Assembly (NCBI RefSeq): GCF_964355755.1
Contig: NC_092670.1
Location: forward strand, 39,358,388-39,422,387
Direction of reading: 5' to 3'
From: Antedon mediterranea
Lineage: Eukaryota > Animalia > Echinodermata
DNA: 64,000 bases
Under the pieces are notes generated by a model. The model searched no databases. It was not told the origin of the DNA and was given only the letters and a program-made list of their open reading frames with translations. Position 1 is the stretch's first letter, and each line of letters opens with the position of its first letter. Position numbers and translations under genes: made by a program. Of this stretch, positions 1-14,045 are shown one piece after another.

Positions 1-3000
1 AAAATCCTAATATTATATGTCCTGATAATATAACAGCAGAAACAGCACCTGGGTTAGGGTCAGGTTCTCCAGATTGGATAGTACCTGTACCCACTGACAA
101 TGTAGAACTTATGCCTACAAGTCCAGTAGCAAGTCCTGATGTCACTCCTCCTATAAGTATTGCTATTACAGGTAGTGTGCCATATGAGCAAACCTACACA
201 GCTGAAGATACTGCAGGGAACACAGCTTTTTGTACATTCTATATCATAATTGAAGGTAAATGTTGTTACTACTAGGTATTAACAAAGTGGCAAAACACAA
301 CAACAATAATATTACCCAAAAAAAAGATGTAAATTGTAAAAGGAAAAAATTTCAGGAGCTGGGGTGAATCCTGATTTTGGTTTTATAATAAAGGGAGATT
401 TTGTTTCCAACTTTACATTAGGTGATAGGGAAAAAAAATGGCTAGGTAGACTGCATAGCACATGGAATAGCAGTGGTAAATATGGATGTGGCACAACAGA
501 TCTCTTTCCATCTTGCCAAATTGTACATGTTTCATAAATATAAATATGCACAGTATATTAAAATAAAATAAATGATAATAAAATGCACATGTTATTAAAT
601 ACATTCAGTGCAATAATTTAGTACTGAACAATTTTATGTATATTTAATAGATTTATTATATATCGCCACTAACAGTGTAAAATTAATTTTACAGACAAGG
701 AACCTCCTGTTATCAATGACTGTCCTCCTGATCAGAATCTGGCAACGTCTTCTGGTGTGAACTACACTGCTGCCACCTGGACAGAACCCATAGCAATTGA
801 TAATGCTGGAACACCAACCCTTGTCTCAACACACAGTAGTGGTAGTGATTTTTACATTGGTAAAACTTTTGTGACATACACAGCTGAAGACAATTATGAA
901 AATACTGCAACTTGTAATTTTACAGTAAACGTAGCAGGTTAGCTCGTACAAGATTGATTTTCTATTTCAGTACAAATACAACAAACAAAAAAACAGTGGT
1001 AATTCGATGAAACATTTTTACCATGATAGGCTAATGCTCTTAGAATACATTAATGTTCTCATGGAATTTTGAAGTCTGATTTAGCAACTAGTTTACACAA
1101 TCATTAGTAACTTACAAATGATTGTGTAAATAACACTATTAGGACTACCATACTAGGTTTGTACAGATGTGATAGGATTTTCAAAACTTTATGAAAACAC
1201 TGTAACTAGAATGTTATTGACAGTAATGATCTTTTTAATTAGGTACGCATGCTCAGAATGTAACTGGTTGTCCGGAAGATTTCACATTACCAACTAACTA
1301 TGGAAACCCGAATCGAGTAACTTACTGGATTGAACCAACAGCAACGGATATTTCAGGAGTTGTTTCGACCTCATCGTACTCACACACACCCGGATCAACA
1401 TTTGATCTGGGTAACACTATTGTTACGTATAATTTTACCGATACTTTAGGAAACGTAGCGTCATGTGAATTTATAGTAACCATTATTGGTGAGTATATAG
1501 GCCTCGTGTGAACGCACTAAAGTGAACTAAACGTGTAATATTGTAATATGTGGCTAAAGCTTGGTTCCCACTTGGACGCAATTTATTTGACAGAATTACG
1601 ATCAACTGTCGCAATTGTGATTGGTAAAGCGTGGTTCCCACTAGAACGAAACGCAGCGACATATCGACGCAATAGTGCTGTAAACATCGTAGGTTTGATT
1701 TCACGCAGGCGGGGGAAAACACAATGAGTACAAATGATTTAAATATTGACTAAGAATTTATACATCTTTTGTTAAAGCCATCGGCGGTTAGTTAGAAGTC
1801 ATCGTTAGTTTGTTTGTTTCTCATTCAGATCAAGAAAATCCTAATATTACATGTCCTGGTAATATAACAACAGAAACACTTCTAGGGACTTCATCGGGCT
1901 TTCCAGATTGGACAGTACCTGTACCTACTGACAATGTAGAACTTATGCCTACAAGTCCAGTAGCAAGTCCTGACGTCACTCCTCCTGTAAATATACCCAT
2001 TACTGGTAGTACACCATATGAGCAAACCTACACAGCTGAAGATACTGCAGGGAACACAGCTTCTTGTACATTCTATATCATAATTGAAGGTAATTTACCA
2101 TTAGTAGGCCCTACATTGTATCCTAATAACAGTATAAATGAACTTTAAATGGCCTTAAACATACATTTATACGGTAAGATATTAAAAAGGCACAACATGA
2201 TTATGAAACAACTGATTTGGTAACATGGAAATCTGTACACGTAACATCGCTGTTAAAGGTACGTCAATAATAATGTGCAAAACGAAATGTTACAGGTATA
2301 TAAACATGTTTGATTATGATATCATGATCGAACAAGAAAGAATTTAATTTGCAACGCAGTATGTAGCAAACTATTGCAAAACAACTAATCAAAGGCTTCA
2401 TAAATGGAATGTGAAAATGAATAATGTATGTGACTTGTGGGGTAATTGAAGACGAAAAACACATGTTTTTTGAATGCATACGAAATAAAACTTTATGGAC
2501 AAACATAGATAACATTTTTAAAAATATTGACAATGGCAGAAGCTCTTTTAGAGAACTTCTTTTAGGGTCTGATTGTGAATACAAAAATGACTTATATTCA
2601 ATTGCTGTCTTCTCAATATATAACATTAAGATTTTAACTGAATTAAACAAACCAGTGTGTAAAAACTCTTGGATTGTATTTAAGTCTATTGTTAAGGATC
2701 TGAACAAACTAACGCTCATGTAATGTTAAAAGAGTTACCGGTACCTAATAATTTTTTTTTATTTATTTTTTTTTTTTTTTAAACGTTGTTTTATATCTTT
2801 GTATATAATGTCTATAAGATGTATATAAATGGTATAAATTAAAAAGGGTATGAAACAATACGGTATGTATATTGTCTGTGTACAATGTGAATAATAACAA
2901 ACCATGAAAGCAGGAGGATAATATTGGAAACAATATGTGAAAAACTAAAATTTACAAAAATTACTGATATTTTTTTTTGAGCAGAAAAATATAAAGAAAA

Positions 3001-5940
3001 ATGTAGAATATTAACGGAAAACAATATAATTAAAGAAAGAACATATGAAGACAGATATTACTGATTTATTTGTAATGTATTTAATTATGATATGAAAGAA
3101 TAAAGGTGGTGGTTCACGCCACAAAAGAGAAAAAAAACTATTGCAAAACAATCTCTAAATGATGATTTAAAATGATTTGATAGATACTGAGGCCCCGTTT
3201 GTGAGTGATTGTCCTGAGGATTTCACATTGCCAACAGACAACGGCGAACCACATCGAGTTACCTACTGGACAGAACCAACAGTAACGGATAATTCAGGAA
3301 GTGTTTCTATCTCTCAGTCACACACAACTGGCTCAACATTTGATCTGTATAACACTACAATTACATATAATTTCACAGATTCTTCAGAAAATGTAGCATC
3401 ATGTACATTTACAGTAACAATTATTGGTAAGTAATTATTATGGCTAGCCTAACGTTACTTTTGAATACATTTATTCCATTTTATTATCAATGTGTCAGTA
3501 TAAAATGAATAATCATGAAGACAATATTTCGAGTGACATGAATGTTTCCCTTCGGTCCAAGAATCTGTCATAACCATTTCTTGATAATATTCATTATTGC
3601 ATAGAAGATTGTCTTTTCCCTTTGAATCAGTAACTAGGCCTCTATACATTTATACGATTTAAAGAAAATGAAAAACTCTAACTTAGACTTAAACTCGAGT
3701 CCTACCATAGACTACACTAAGAATTTACAGTACAGTACTGGCACGTTATCAGCGGAACATTAGTAGTTCTGAATTGATACGCCCACATATTTAGTTCTGC
3801 ATTACAGCAAAAACAAAATTATGTAAAACTGTTTTAGACCTTTTCTGTTGTAAAGATCAAACGCATTTGTTTATTCATAGATATTGAAGCTCCAGTACCT
3901 ACTAGCTGTCCAAGTAATAGCACCTACAGTGCGGATATGGGAGTGAGTACAAAGGGTAATGTCGCATGGACGCCACCAGCATTCAATGATAACGTACCTG
4001 GGACAATTTCTATTTTTAATAATATTTTTCCTAATACCTATACATTTCAACTCGGAACTACAGAGGTGGAGTATTACGCTACAGATGCAGCAATGAACAC
4101 TGGATATTGTACATTTTTCATAAAAATTGTAGGTAAGAAAACATTATTCAAATTGTATACTGTACTTTCCTCTTCACACCCACCCTGGTAGGTACTTTTG
4201 GTGAAAAAATGTATCTATTTATGAGTGTTCCAAATTCCCTTAATTTCTGGTGCTCTTTGACAATATTAGTTAATGTATAGAAGATTGATTATTTTGAAAC
4301 ATTATACAAAATTGTTTAATCTTATATAACATTTTATTATCTTATATAACATTTTATAATCTTATTCTAGACACTGAGAATCCTGTTGTAACTTGCCCGA
4401 GTGACATCATCACCAACTCAACCCATGGCACCACAACTGCTGGAGTGACATACAACGCAACGTCAACTGACAACGTTAATATAACTTTTGAAAGTTTTAA
4501 TATTCCTTCTGGGTCGATGTTTGAATCTGGTGAAACTACTGTGATTTTTATGGCGTTGGATTCATCTGATAATCAAGGAACATGTTCGTTTACTGTCACA
4601 GTCGTAGGTAAGGTGTACGCAACCCGTCTACGGCAAAAACATCAAATCCGTCTACGAAAATGTTGATTTATAAGGACGATGAAGTAAACACTGATGAATC
4701 GAACGAGGGCATGTTTCGTTCTATCTATTGCATATTATATGTATTGTATCTTAAGCAAACGTAGGCTAAATCATGAAGGCAATCCTACATTATACAACTT
4801 GTGTCTTACAGGACCACTTTGTACTAAGCAATGTAGTAATGGTGGGACATGTACACTCAAAAACGACATAGAAGAATGCAAGTGTGAGAGCGATTTTGAG
4901 GGTGATAATTGTGAAAACAGAAAAAAAGGTAATTGCACGTTTTTAAATCAACCGAATATTTCAAAAAAAATATCACAACACTAATAGCAGATATTTTAGA
5001 CATCTGTGTCTCTTCATTGACAGTGCAATGGAGCAATTATTCGATCATGGGGACAAATTCACCGCCAATCACATCAGATCATTTTTGGTTTAATAGTAGT
5101 TCAACTTCCAAAAAAGATTACAACAGTTATCATGTTTTTATAGCTTCCTCTTCAATTTGGCTCAAGATTGCAATAGGATTGTTCTTTGCCGGTGTTGTTA
5201 TTGGGGCGTTGGTTGCTGCTGGAGTCGCACTTCATTATAAAAAGTCTACAAAGGTCTGTAAGATACTATTAGTATTGGAGAATGTTTGCTTGTAAGACAA
5301 GCGAATTTCACGTTACCTTTCGCATGCACCGTATTTAAAATAAATTGTAGGCCTACGTCGGATTATTACTCGTTATAATTTGAGAACATGCGCTATAACT
5401 AACGCATTTAAAAATCTACGTCGGGTTGGGAACAAAACTATATAGGCCTATAATACAACCATATACTGTAGTATAATAGGCTACTGAACATTCAAGCTTA
5501 AACTGTAACTAATACAGCAGTTTATATCAAACGATGTTTTCAATACTAATACACATTATAAAAATATAGTGTTTATTGAATTTATTTGTTAATACTGTAG
5601 TTATTTTGATGATAAATTCGTTATTCACAGACAACACCGGCTGAAAACGGAACTATTGATTTACGACAACCTGATGTAAGTTTGATAACTATACAAAATA
5701 TCATCAAAATTACCATACATCACTACTTATTTCTGTAATTTTCTAAACTTTTTTTGTTTGCATTTTTTGCAACAGACACATACAGAAACTCGAGAATTGC
5801 ACGAATACATGACAAGTATAGAGCCAGAGGGAATAGGCAATGACACACAGCATACGTATGCGACTATTGAAGACGCGGTGGTTGAAGAAACAACCGAAAA
5901 TGAAACGATGTACATTAATGTTAAATCCAAAAAGAAATGA
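1..5940 (+). CDS. Gene A (5' truncated by window): HYR x>=7 - EGF - TM - Tyr-motif tail receptor
   Basis: HYR exons <1-255, 695-937, 1243-1488, 1829-2089, 3184-3426, 3881-4132, 4371-4607 (CP..W..P.ATDN...TYTA.D..GN...C.F.V). EGF exon 4812-4928 (CTKQCSNGGTC...CKC...EGDNC). TM exon 5144-5253 (IWLKIAIGLFFAGVVIGALVAAGVAL). Tail exons 5631-5675 and 5776-5940 (TGA). All junctions are GT-AG with consistent phases. Confidence 0.85.
1557..1725. mobile_element. MITE family 2 (TIR AAGCTTGGTTCCCACTAG), partial copy
   Basis: Same TIR and ACGCA-rich core recur at ~9792-10130 (nested copies), 12053-12150, 15275-15357, 15450-15650, 31664-31858 (both TIRs), 32320-32530 (both TIRs), 38205-38330 and 53220-53260. 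Confidence 0.75.
2264..2723 (+). mobile_element. Degenerate non-LTR retrotransposon 3' fragment (Tx1/L1-like zinc-knuckle region) in a gene A intron
   Basis: ORF 2424-2723 contains CGVIEDEKHMFFEC..W, resembling the C-x2-C-x3-ED-x2-H-x-FF-x-C zf-RVT motif of L1/Tx1 ORF2 C-termini. It is frameshifted upstream and followed by an AT-rich tail. Confidence 0.6.
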
Positions 5941-7009
5941 ACGTACACAATTTGCTGTAAAAGAATGAATTATGAAAACTTCTTCCGCAGTCACAAACTG
6001 ATATTGCAGCTGTATTATTGTTTTTATTTGTAAACCATACATTATTAAGTTGTCAAACTAAATTAGAACTATAAATAATTGTATTGTATTATATATTTAT
6101 ATTAGTAATTGTATAGTTTACTAAAAGTAGGCCTATACTGAACGCATGGTCGATTGGCAGAAGAAATGAATACACATGTGATATCGTCAATGTAAAACTT
6201 TTTAAATGGATTCTTCAGTTGTTTTAAATATAATAATAATTTATAAGATATGTGATATTATTTACATATAAAATATGTGATATTGTTTAAAGTTTTTATA
6301 ATGTTTTAATATATTTTATATACAGTAGTTTTAAATATTGTAATCCATTCTATTAGTGACGGGTTTCCCGCTCTCGATGATGGCCCCTAGGCCTATACTA
6401 TAAAACCAAAGTCAAATTACTGAAAATTGGCAATGCTGTGGGTATCATTAGCTGAATCAGCCACTGATAGTTGATATAAATATATTGATATAACGTGATA
6501 CCGATTGAGCCAATGAAACAAGAATCATCGTGCCCATTTCATCACCTATATCAAAATTATTATTACTTATCAGTTATTTGTAATTGTACATCAATTCGAG
6601 CGATAATGATAACTTCTTAATCAAGTTTACAATAGTTATCACAAAGTTGAATTGCATACTTACCATCATAAATACTCATCAACATTATTGTGATTGAATT
6701 ATTATTGGACCACTGATGTCATTATAACAATTCTAAACGAGGGGAGAAGTAAACATTTATATATCTGACATAATAAAGTGACCATCCATGCATATTAGAT
6801 AGTTCTGCAGCATTTTAAACTTGTACAATAAGAATTAGTTTAACAAAAATAAAATCACAAGGTTCGAATTAAAAGGACATAATCATGTGTAGGCCTGTGT
6901 AATGTTTCTGTTATTTCCAATCACTGGTGTTTATAAAACTAATAAGAATATAAGTATAATATTTTGTAGCCCCTTGCATTTAAGCATTAGATTCTATTCG
7001 GCAAAAGTT

Positions 7010-10000
7010 ATGCTGACTTTGGTAAATTACATTATTTTAAGCCTAACTTTAGGCGTTGTTTATGCAGGTAAGTTTACTATTCGTTTGTCCGTTTGTTACC
7101 TGTCTTATGTGTTTTAAATTTCACAAAATTATCTAAGAATCTCATGTTCTTCTGAGATAAATTTTCCTAAAGAATTAGATAGTTACATAAACTGATTCAA
7201 TAGTGTGATGGTCACATGAATGATTAACTGTAACTGAGGACACTCAACAACACTGTAAGCTAATTAATTTAGTTGATACAACTAAAAAAAATTTTTTTCT
7301 ATTGAAATGAATAACTTTTTTTCTACTAAAGTGAATAACTGTATTAAAACTACAAAATAACCTATTCAAAATCTGATTTAATTAATCTTCTGATTGACTC
7401 ATTCATGATCCATTAATTTAAATACTGTTTACTCTTTTTGTTAATGTTTTTTGAGGAACTGAGCCTCGATATGCTAAGGTTTACACTGCGATGCGCTTCA
7501 CCTGTACAAGATATTTTATAATAATACAAATCATCTGGAGACCAGGTGATTTAGTGTATGTAAAGACAAAATGACTGTTTGAAACATTCGATTGTATTTT
7601 GCAGGGCACTGAACGGAAATATCATTGACTTATGTTCTTCTCTTTTTCTACTTATTTATTGCAAGTAGGTTGCCCACCTGATTGGACAACATACGATGGA
7701 AGCTGTTATTTATTCGGTACTGCCGGTAGCCAAAATTGGCAAACAGCTAGAACTAACTGTCAGAGTCTTGGAGCTGATCTTGTTGTGATAAGCAATCGAG
7801 CAGAAAATGATTTTGTCGGTTCACTTATTTCCACAAAAGCATGGATTGGCTATAGAGATATAGATGAAGAAGGTGAATTTATTTGGGTAGACACCTATGG
7901 TGAATGCTCCACTTATGAAAGTAATAACTTTTTTACTTTATATTTTTAAATATTGTAGCAACAACATAGCCTACAGTGTTTATAAAATAAAGGGACATAA
8001 TATGGGTATAGGGATACGTAGGTACGTAGTAATGTAATTGTTACCACCTATACATGACGTCATTTCATATAGGTCTAAGCAGCAAATAATCAAACAGCTA
8101 TTAAATAATTACCAGATTTTCGTGCCGGTGAGCCAAATGACTTTGTCTATGAAGATTGTGTTATGATGCACATGGATACCCACGAATGGAATGATGTATG
8201 GTGTAATGGCACGGGTAATTTTATTGGTTATGTATGTGAAATATGTAAGTAGTTGTACAATTTGTTATTTTTGGTTTTTTTTTATACGTTTGGTTGTGGT
8301 ATAACTTAAATAAATGATTTTTTTTTTCATGGAGGAGAAAAAATGTGTTTGTCCATATACCACCCACTCATCTTAAAACCAAATTACTTAATTATCTCAA
8401 TATTTATTTTTTAAATAATTTTGATATTCAAAATGTGTGTAGTTGGTCGCTTTCTTGTCGATGCTTTTATTGTAGAACGTAATTTATTTATTTTTCTCTG
8501 TTCTGGGTTGACCAACTAGAGCATAGGTGTTTAGCACCTGTTTGGTCTTTCCGTGCCTCCTTTTATAATTGTTTTGTCTTCTTTGTTTATGTATATGGCA
8601 GAAATTGAATAAATTAAAAAAATAAATTAAAAAAAATAAACCTATATATAAATATTGCATAATACTGCATGAAGATAAAAAGCTGTCTGTCTATGAAAGT
8701 GTGCTGCCAAAGACAACTAAATTGTTGGAAATTAAGAAGTAGGGTTCACTCGGCAAAATAAAATTGTATTGAACTCGAATAGGGGAGTAATTGCAAACGT
8801 CAACATCGTTCATAATTTGTCTGTAAAGTATGTAAAACGGACTTACGGTGTTTCACTATCATCACTTATTATATTTTGTGTTTTTTCAGTTGATGATTCG
8901 GACAATCCGATGTTCACTTACTGTCCACCGCATCAAACTGTTGCAACAGATCCCAATGTAAACTTTGCAACGCTATCATGGGATCTACCCACGGTTGATT
9001 TGGACAACCAATGTGGCATAGCATTGACCTCAAACTATGACATTGGAAATCAAGTTGCTTTGGTTTCTGGTCTTACTACTACTATTACTAATACATACGT
9101 GGCAACAGATCCTAGTGGAAATACTGGAACGTGTACATTTTCTATAACAGTTACAGGTAAGGAATTTTTGTTTTATTACAATAATTAGTTTATCGGCAGT
9201 ACTGTAAAATATTAATTAACTGAAGTAACCTATTTCTGCAGTTGTGTTTGCAAACTATTGTCTCATTGTTGGAACACGTGTCTAAATACCATTTTTAACG
9301 GCTTGCGACTTCAATTTGATTGAAATCTCTGAATATTTTAAAGAAACATAAAGATTGCTACATTCAAACTTTGTATCAGTAATACAAAGTAAAATCTAAA
9401 AATAAAAGTGTTATACCACACTATTGAATCGAATTATATTAGATATTGAAGATCCCAATGTATTCGATTGTCCGGAAGAAGACTTTATATTACCAACAGA
9501 CGATGGCGAACCTAATCGAGTAGCCTACTGGGCAGAACCAACAGCAACAGATAATTCAGGATATGTTCATTTGTCTCAGTCACATAGGCTCGGTTCAACA
9601 TTTGATCTGGGTGAGACGACTACACTTACATACAATTTCACAGACCCTTCAGGAAATGTGGCATCATGTAAATTCAAAGTAAAAATTATTGGTAAGTATC
9701 AATAAAGGACACCGGCTTTAAGTATAAATGTGTTCCTGTTCATTTTAAAGCATCATTGTTTGACTACTGCAGGATTGTACTGTAGTCACAAAAGCTTGGT
9801 TCCCGCTAGCGACGCAAAGCAACGCATCGATATATTGACGCAAAATGCAGCACTGTAAGCTTGGTTCCCACTAGCGACGCAAACTACGCAACGTAAGAAA
9901 ATGCCCTTACAATACTTGTGTTTCCCTCGCCTGTGTGAAATCAAACCTGTGATGTTTGCAACACTGTTGCGTAGTCGGTTCCCACTTGTGATTACGCAAT

Positions 10001-11890
10001 CCAGCACGTTGCGTCAATACGTTGCTGCGTTGCGTCGCTAGTGGGAACCACACTTTATTGGGAACCGACGAAACAACACAGTGCTGCTGCAGACCTCACA
10101 GATTTGATTTCACACCAGGCGCAGGAAAACAACAATAAACAATAATAATTTCTATTATTATTTATATGATAATAGACAAATAAAGCTTTTCAGTATTCAG
10201 TATTCTTTATCAACATGGTTGGAAATTCTACACTAAATTATCTAATGAATAGATACGTATGTTCCTAATGTAATCGGTTGTCCTCAAGACTTCTCATTGT
10301 CAACTGACGATGGTGAACCAAGAGTAACCTATTGGACGGAACCAACAGTAACTGATAATTCAGGAGTTGTGTATGCCTCTCAGTCACACACAAATGGCTC
10401 AACATTTGATCTGGGTGAAACTACAGTTACGTACACGTTCACTGATTCTTCAGGAAACGTGGCGTCATGTGAATTCACAGTAACAATTATTGGTAAGTAT
10501 CCATGTACAATGTGGCATTGATATCACTAAAGCTTTGTCTACACTATCAAACTAGTTTGACAAAAAAAAAGTGTGATGTGCCCAAATATGGTAGTGATAT
10601 GCACAAATATGGAAGTGATATTACATCATCATGTCCATATGTGGGCACATCACTTTTTTTTTGTCACATAAATGTTGATAGTGTAGACAAGGCTTTAGAT
10701 GAAGAAAATGACATTACAAACAATTTGATTCAAGCGGATATATGCCGTTTCTAATCAACTGAATTGAAAAAACTCGTTACTTTCATTGCAAATGTGTTGT
10801 ATTGTGAATATAGCTAGCACTCATACTGCATTTATGACCGAATACAATTTTGTAAGTTCGCTCCTCTCAATTGACTTGCGCATAAATATGATCACTAGAA
10901 ACCAGGCTCTTCTCCGGGATTGTGTATTTTGCCGAACTTCGTTTTACAGGACCAATGTGTGATAAGCAATGCAGTAATGGTGGAACGTGTAAGGTAAACA
11001 ATGACGTAGAAGAATGCAAATGTCTGGATAATTTTAAGGGTGATAATTGTGAAACAAATAAAGGTAATTTTACGTTTATACAACAAAAAAATAATTATGG
11101 TATACAGAAGAACAATTATTCGCTCACGGGTGGCGATTACATCACCTAGTCCCTCCGTCACAGATGCTACGCGGCGGTCAAAATTGTTTGTTGGGCCTAG
11201 ACGTAATATAAAAATAATCGTTGGTTTTTTTTTTATAGCTTTTTCCTTCAGTTATCTTGAGATTGCAATAGCACTGTTGGTTACTGCCGTTATTGTTATT
11301 GTAGTGGTGGTTGCTGCCGGATTCGCATTTAAATACAAACAGGTTTGTGTGATCACAGTTTGCCAGCAAGTAGTTTTGCGACACAACATACGCCAATTGT
11401 TTTAATTTAAATTAGTGTGACGTAGGCCTAATAGTATGACGTAAATTAATATATAATAATAATAATTACCGTATTCACTATAGGCCTACCATCAGATTGG
11501 GAACAATACATTATCAGTATATAGGACTACATTACGGTATCAAGCATACGACGAATTATCTTATCAATAACTATATATTCTAATCTTAATAAGAAAGTAT
11601 TGTGAAATTTAAGTTATTTTATAATTAACTCTACATTCACAGACGACACCTGATTCGGGACAATCTGATGTAAGTTTATTTGCTAAAATATTCTTCCATG
11701 TTATATAATTTTCTATTCAATGCTATATCCGTCATCCTTTGCGCAATTCTTGTTACATTTCTAAAACGTTGAAATTGTTTATTTTAAGGCAAATACGGAG
11801 ACTGGAGAAATTCATGAATACTCACAAAACATTAGGCTAGAAGGCGTACCAGTAACCAATGACGTCACACATACGTACACAACTTTGTAA
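7010..11890 (+). CDS. Gene B: signal peptide - C-type lectin - HYR x3 - EGF - TM - tail (~513 aa)
   Basis: Signal exon 7010-7067 (MLTLVNYIILSLTLGVVYA). CTLD exons 7669-7920 and 8116-8244 (CPPDW..YDGSCY, WIG, EPN, WND). HYR exons 8890-9156, 9443-9691, 10253-10492. EGF 10950-11063, TM 11239-11342, tail 11643-11669 and 11789-11890 (...THTYTTL*). Summed length 1542 nt, in frame. Confidence 0.88.
10530..10697. mobile_element. MITE family 1 (TIR AAGCTCTGTCTACACTATCAAAC, internal ATATGGTAGTGAT repeats)
   Basis: Both TIRs present with TA/TWA flanks. About 18 related copies, at ~21980, 31240, 32957(+33475), 41780, 46951, 48527, 53614, 54512, 54710, 54980, 55427, 58760, 59350, 60126, 60639, 62925 and 63200. 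Confidence 0.8.
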
Positions 11891-14045
11891 CTGAAAAAAA
11901 CGCACAGAAACAGAACTAGAATACCGAAAAATCGAATCCAATAAGTAGACGGAAGCAACGGTTTCAGTTAAATCACATTTTCGTTTTTAGTATAATTGAA
12001 TTGATATATTAAGGTTTCGGGTTATTGAAGTTTTGGGGGCAAATAAAGTACTAAAGCGTGGTTCCCACTAGAACGCAACGCAGCGACGTATTGACGCAAA
12101 ATGATGTATTGCGTAATCACAAGTGGGAACCGACGACGCAACAATGTTGCTTTAGAGGCTTTAGAGGCTCTAGACAGCACAGATTTGTAGCACACATGTT
12201 GTACACATACTTGAGTTAGTTTCGAAAACAAATCATTCGATATGTAAAAAGACAAACGTATCTATATATAAATTATGGTTAATTCTGACATAGGCGAGCA
12301 CAAGAATCAGAATATATTGTGGGGAATAGTATTATAAAATTACATAGGGAGATTTGATGATAAGACATTTTTCGAGTGAAATCCCGATAGCTGAGTTTTA
12401 TTGAGTAAGCTTGTAGGAATAACTGTAGGCTATCTTCCTGTGTCCCGTTAGGACCGAGATGTCTGCCCATATTGCAAGCCGTAGTGTCTTCTTTCTTGGG
12501 CCCACTCTGTTACGGCAGTTTCAAAAGATGATTAAATTAAATAATGTATTAATAATTATTAGGATGGTATTCATTTGAATAAACGCCTCTCCAATAAAAC
12601 ATCACTTTGAATAATAAACCACCCCCCCCCCCCAAACCCAACTATCCAATAAACGTCCATCCACATATTTATAATAACACAATTATACTATTTGCTATAT
12701 ATAAATTTACGTAAGGGCAAAATTCGGTAAATCGCGCGTTATTTCTAGAATGTTTACTCGATGGTATATCAAGTTGGTTCGTACTTTCGGTACTGATTTT
12801 AACCACCTGATGTAACCCTGTTTACTAATTAAATTGAGTTCGATAATTAGTTATTGACAATTAAAACGAATTTAGGTTCAACGATTTGCCCCAGATAGGG
12901 GTGTTTTTAGATCGTGCTATACACAGTCTAATGGATGTCCGTCTTGAAAAATACCCGCACACAATAATACAAGGATGCTTCGCATTTTCCTATCTCCTCC
13001 TACGATAGTTGTTTTTAATGGCTGAAAACCGGTTGAACAGCTCGAGTACAGCATCATAATGTTGAAGACAGGCCGATTTTCTTTAAAAAATTCCATTTTG
13101 ATAGATTTAATATATGTTTATACAAATGTATTGATTTGCGATGAATGGAACATTCCAATCTCTGTTCCACAAGTGTCTATTCCCTCAGGCGTCGTAAAGG
13201 CAAGTACTGTACTCATTTTTTTTTCAATCTGTGCTGCAGAGGTTGGATATACATTTTTTTTAAACGGATAATGAGCTAGCGTTTTCAGTCGCCGTATGTA
13301 CAACTCTTTATTTATTGCAGTTAAACCACCCATATCATCACCCTTCCCCCACTGGCATGAGTAGCGTTGTAAAGACAGTAGAGGATAGGCTTACGGTGCA
13401 TCACATGCCCTAAACGCAGAACAACTTTGGTGGGTAGGGTAGGAATTGGCTCTAGGAAACAATTGAAACCATTAGGCCTACTAATTAAGTTGAGTTAGAT
13501 AATTTAATATTTATTGACGATTAAATCGAATTTATGATTTTCCCCGAATAGAGGTGGTTTTCCCAAATTGTTTTACATTATATAAACAACACGTCGTAGT
13601 GATGTATCGTTACATGTACTGTACTATTTCAATCGACTAGGACGGTGATAGTTTCAACAAAGTATTACATCGCAATGTTTTACTGTGTTTAGTGGTATAT
13701 TATTTGTAAAACATGAAAACAATTAATATTTCGTTACTAAATGGATAAAGAACATATTTAAAAATTGTTCCTCTTTGCACCCATCCTCTTCCCCATCCCT
13801 CAACCCTAATGTTGCATACAAAACACAAATTAAGTTTATTTAAATTTGACTAACAATTGGTCTCATTTTGTGACAAGTTTCTCTTTCGGAAGTAATTCCC
13901 AGGGTGCTAATTTTAGGTGAGTACATAAATCAGTGTCTATTTATTCGTTCCTGTAAACGACATGGATTATTGTACGTACATTTGAAATCGCCAGTTTTTT
14001 AACGCTGAAATTATTATGTATTCGAGAACCATCTGTGGGCACGAC

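Noticed and set aside
5851-5925. ITAM in gene A tail (YATI…YINV)
   Set aside because: The 14-residue spacer exceeds ITAM spacing and the second motif ends in V; treated as separate motifs.
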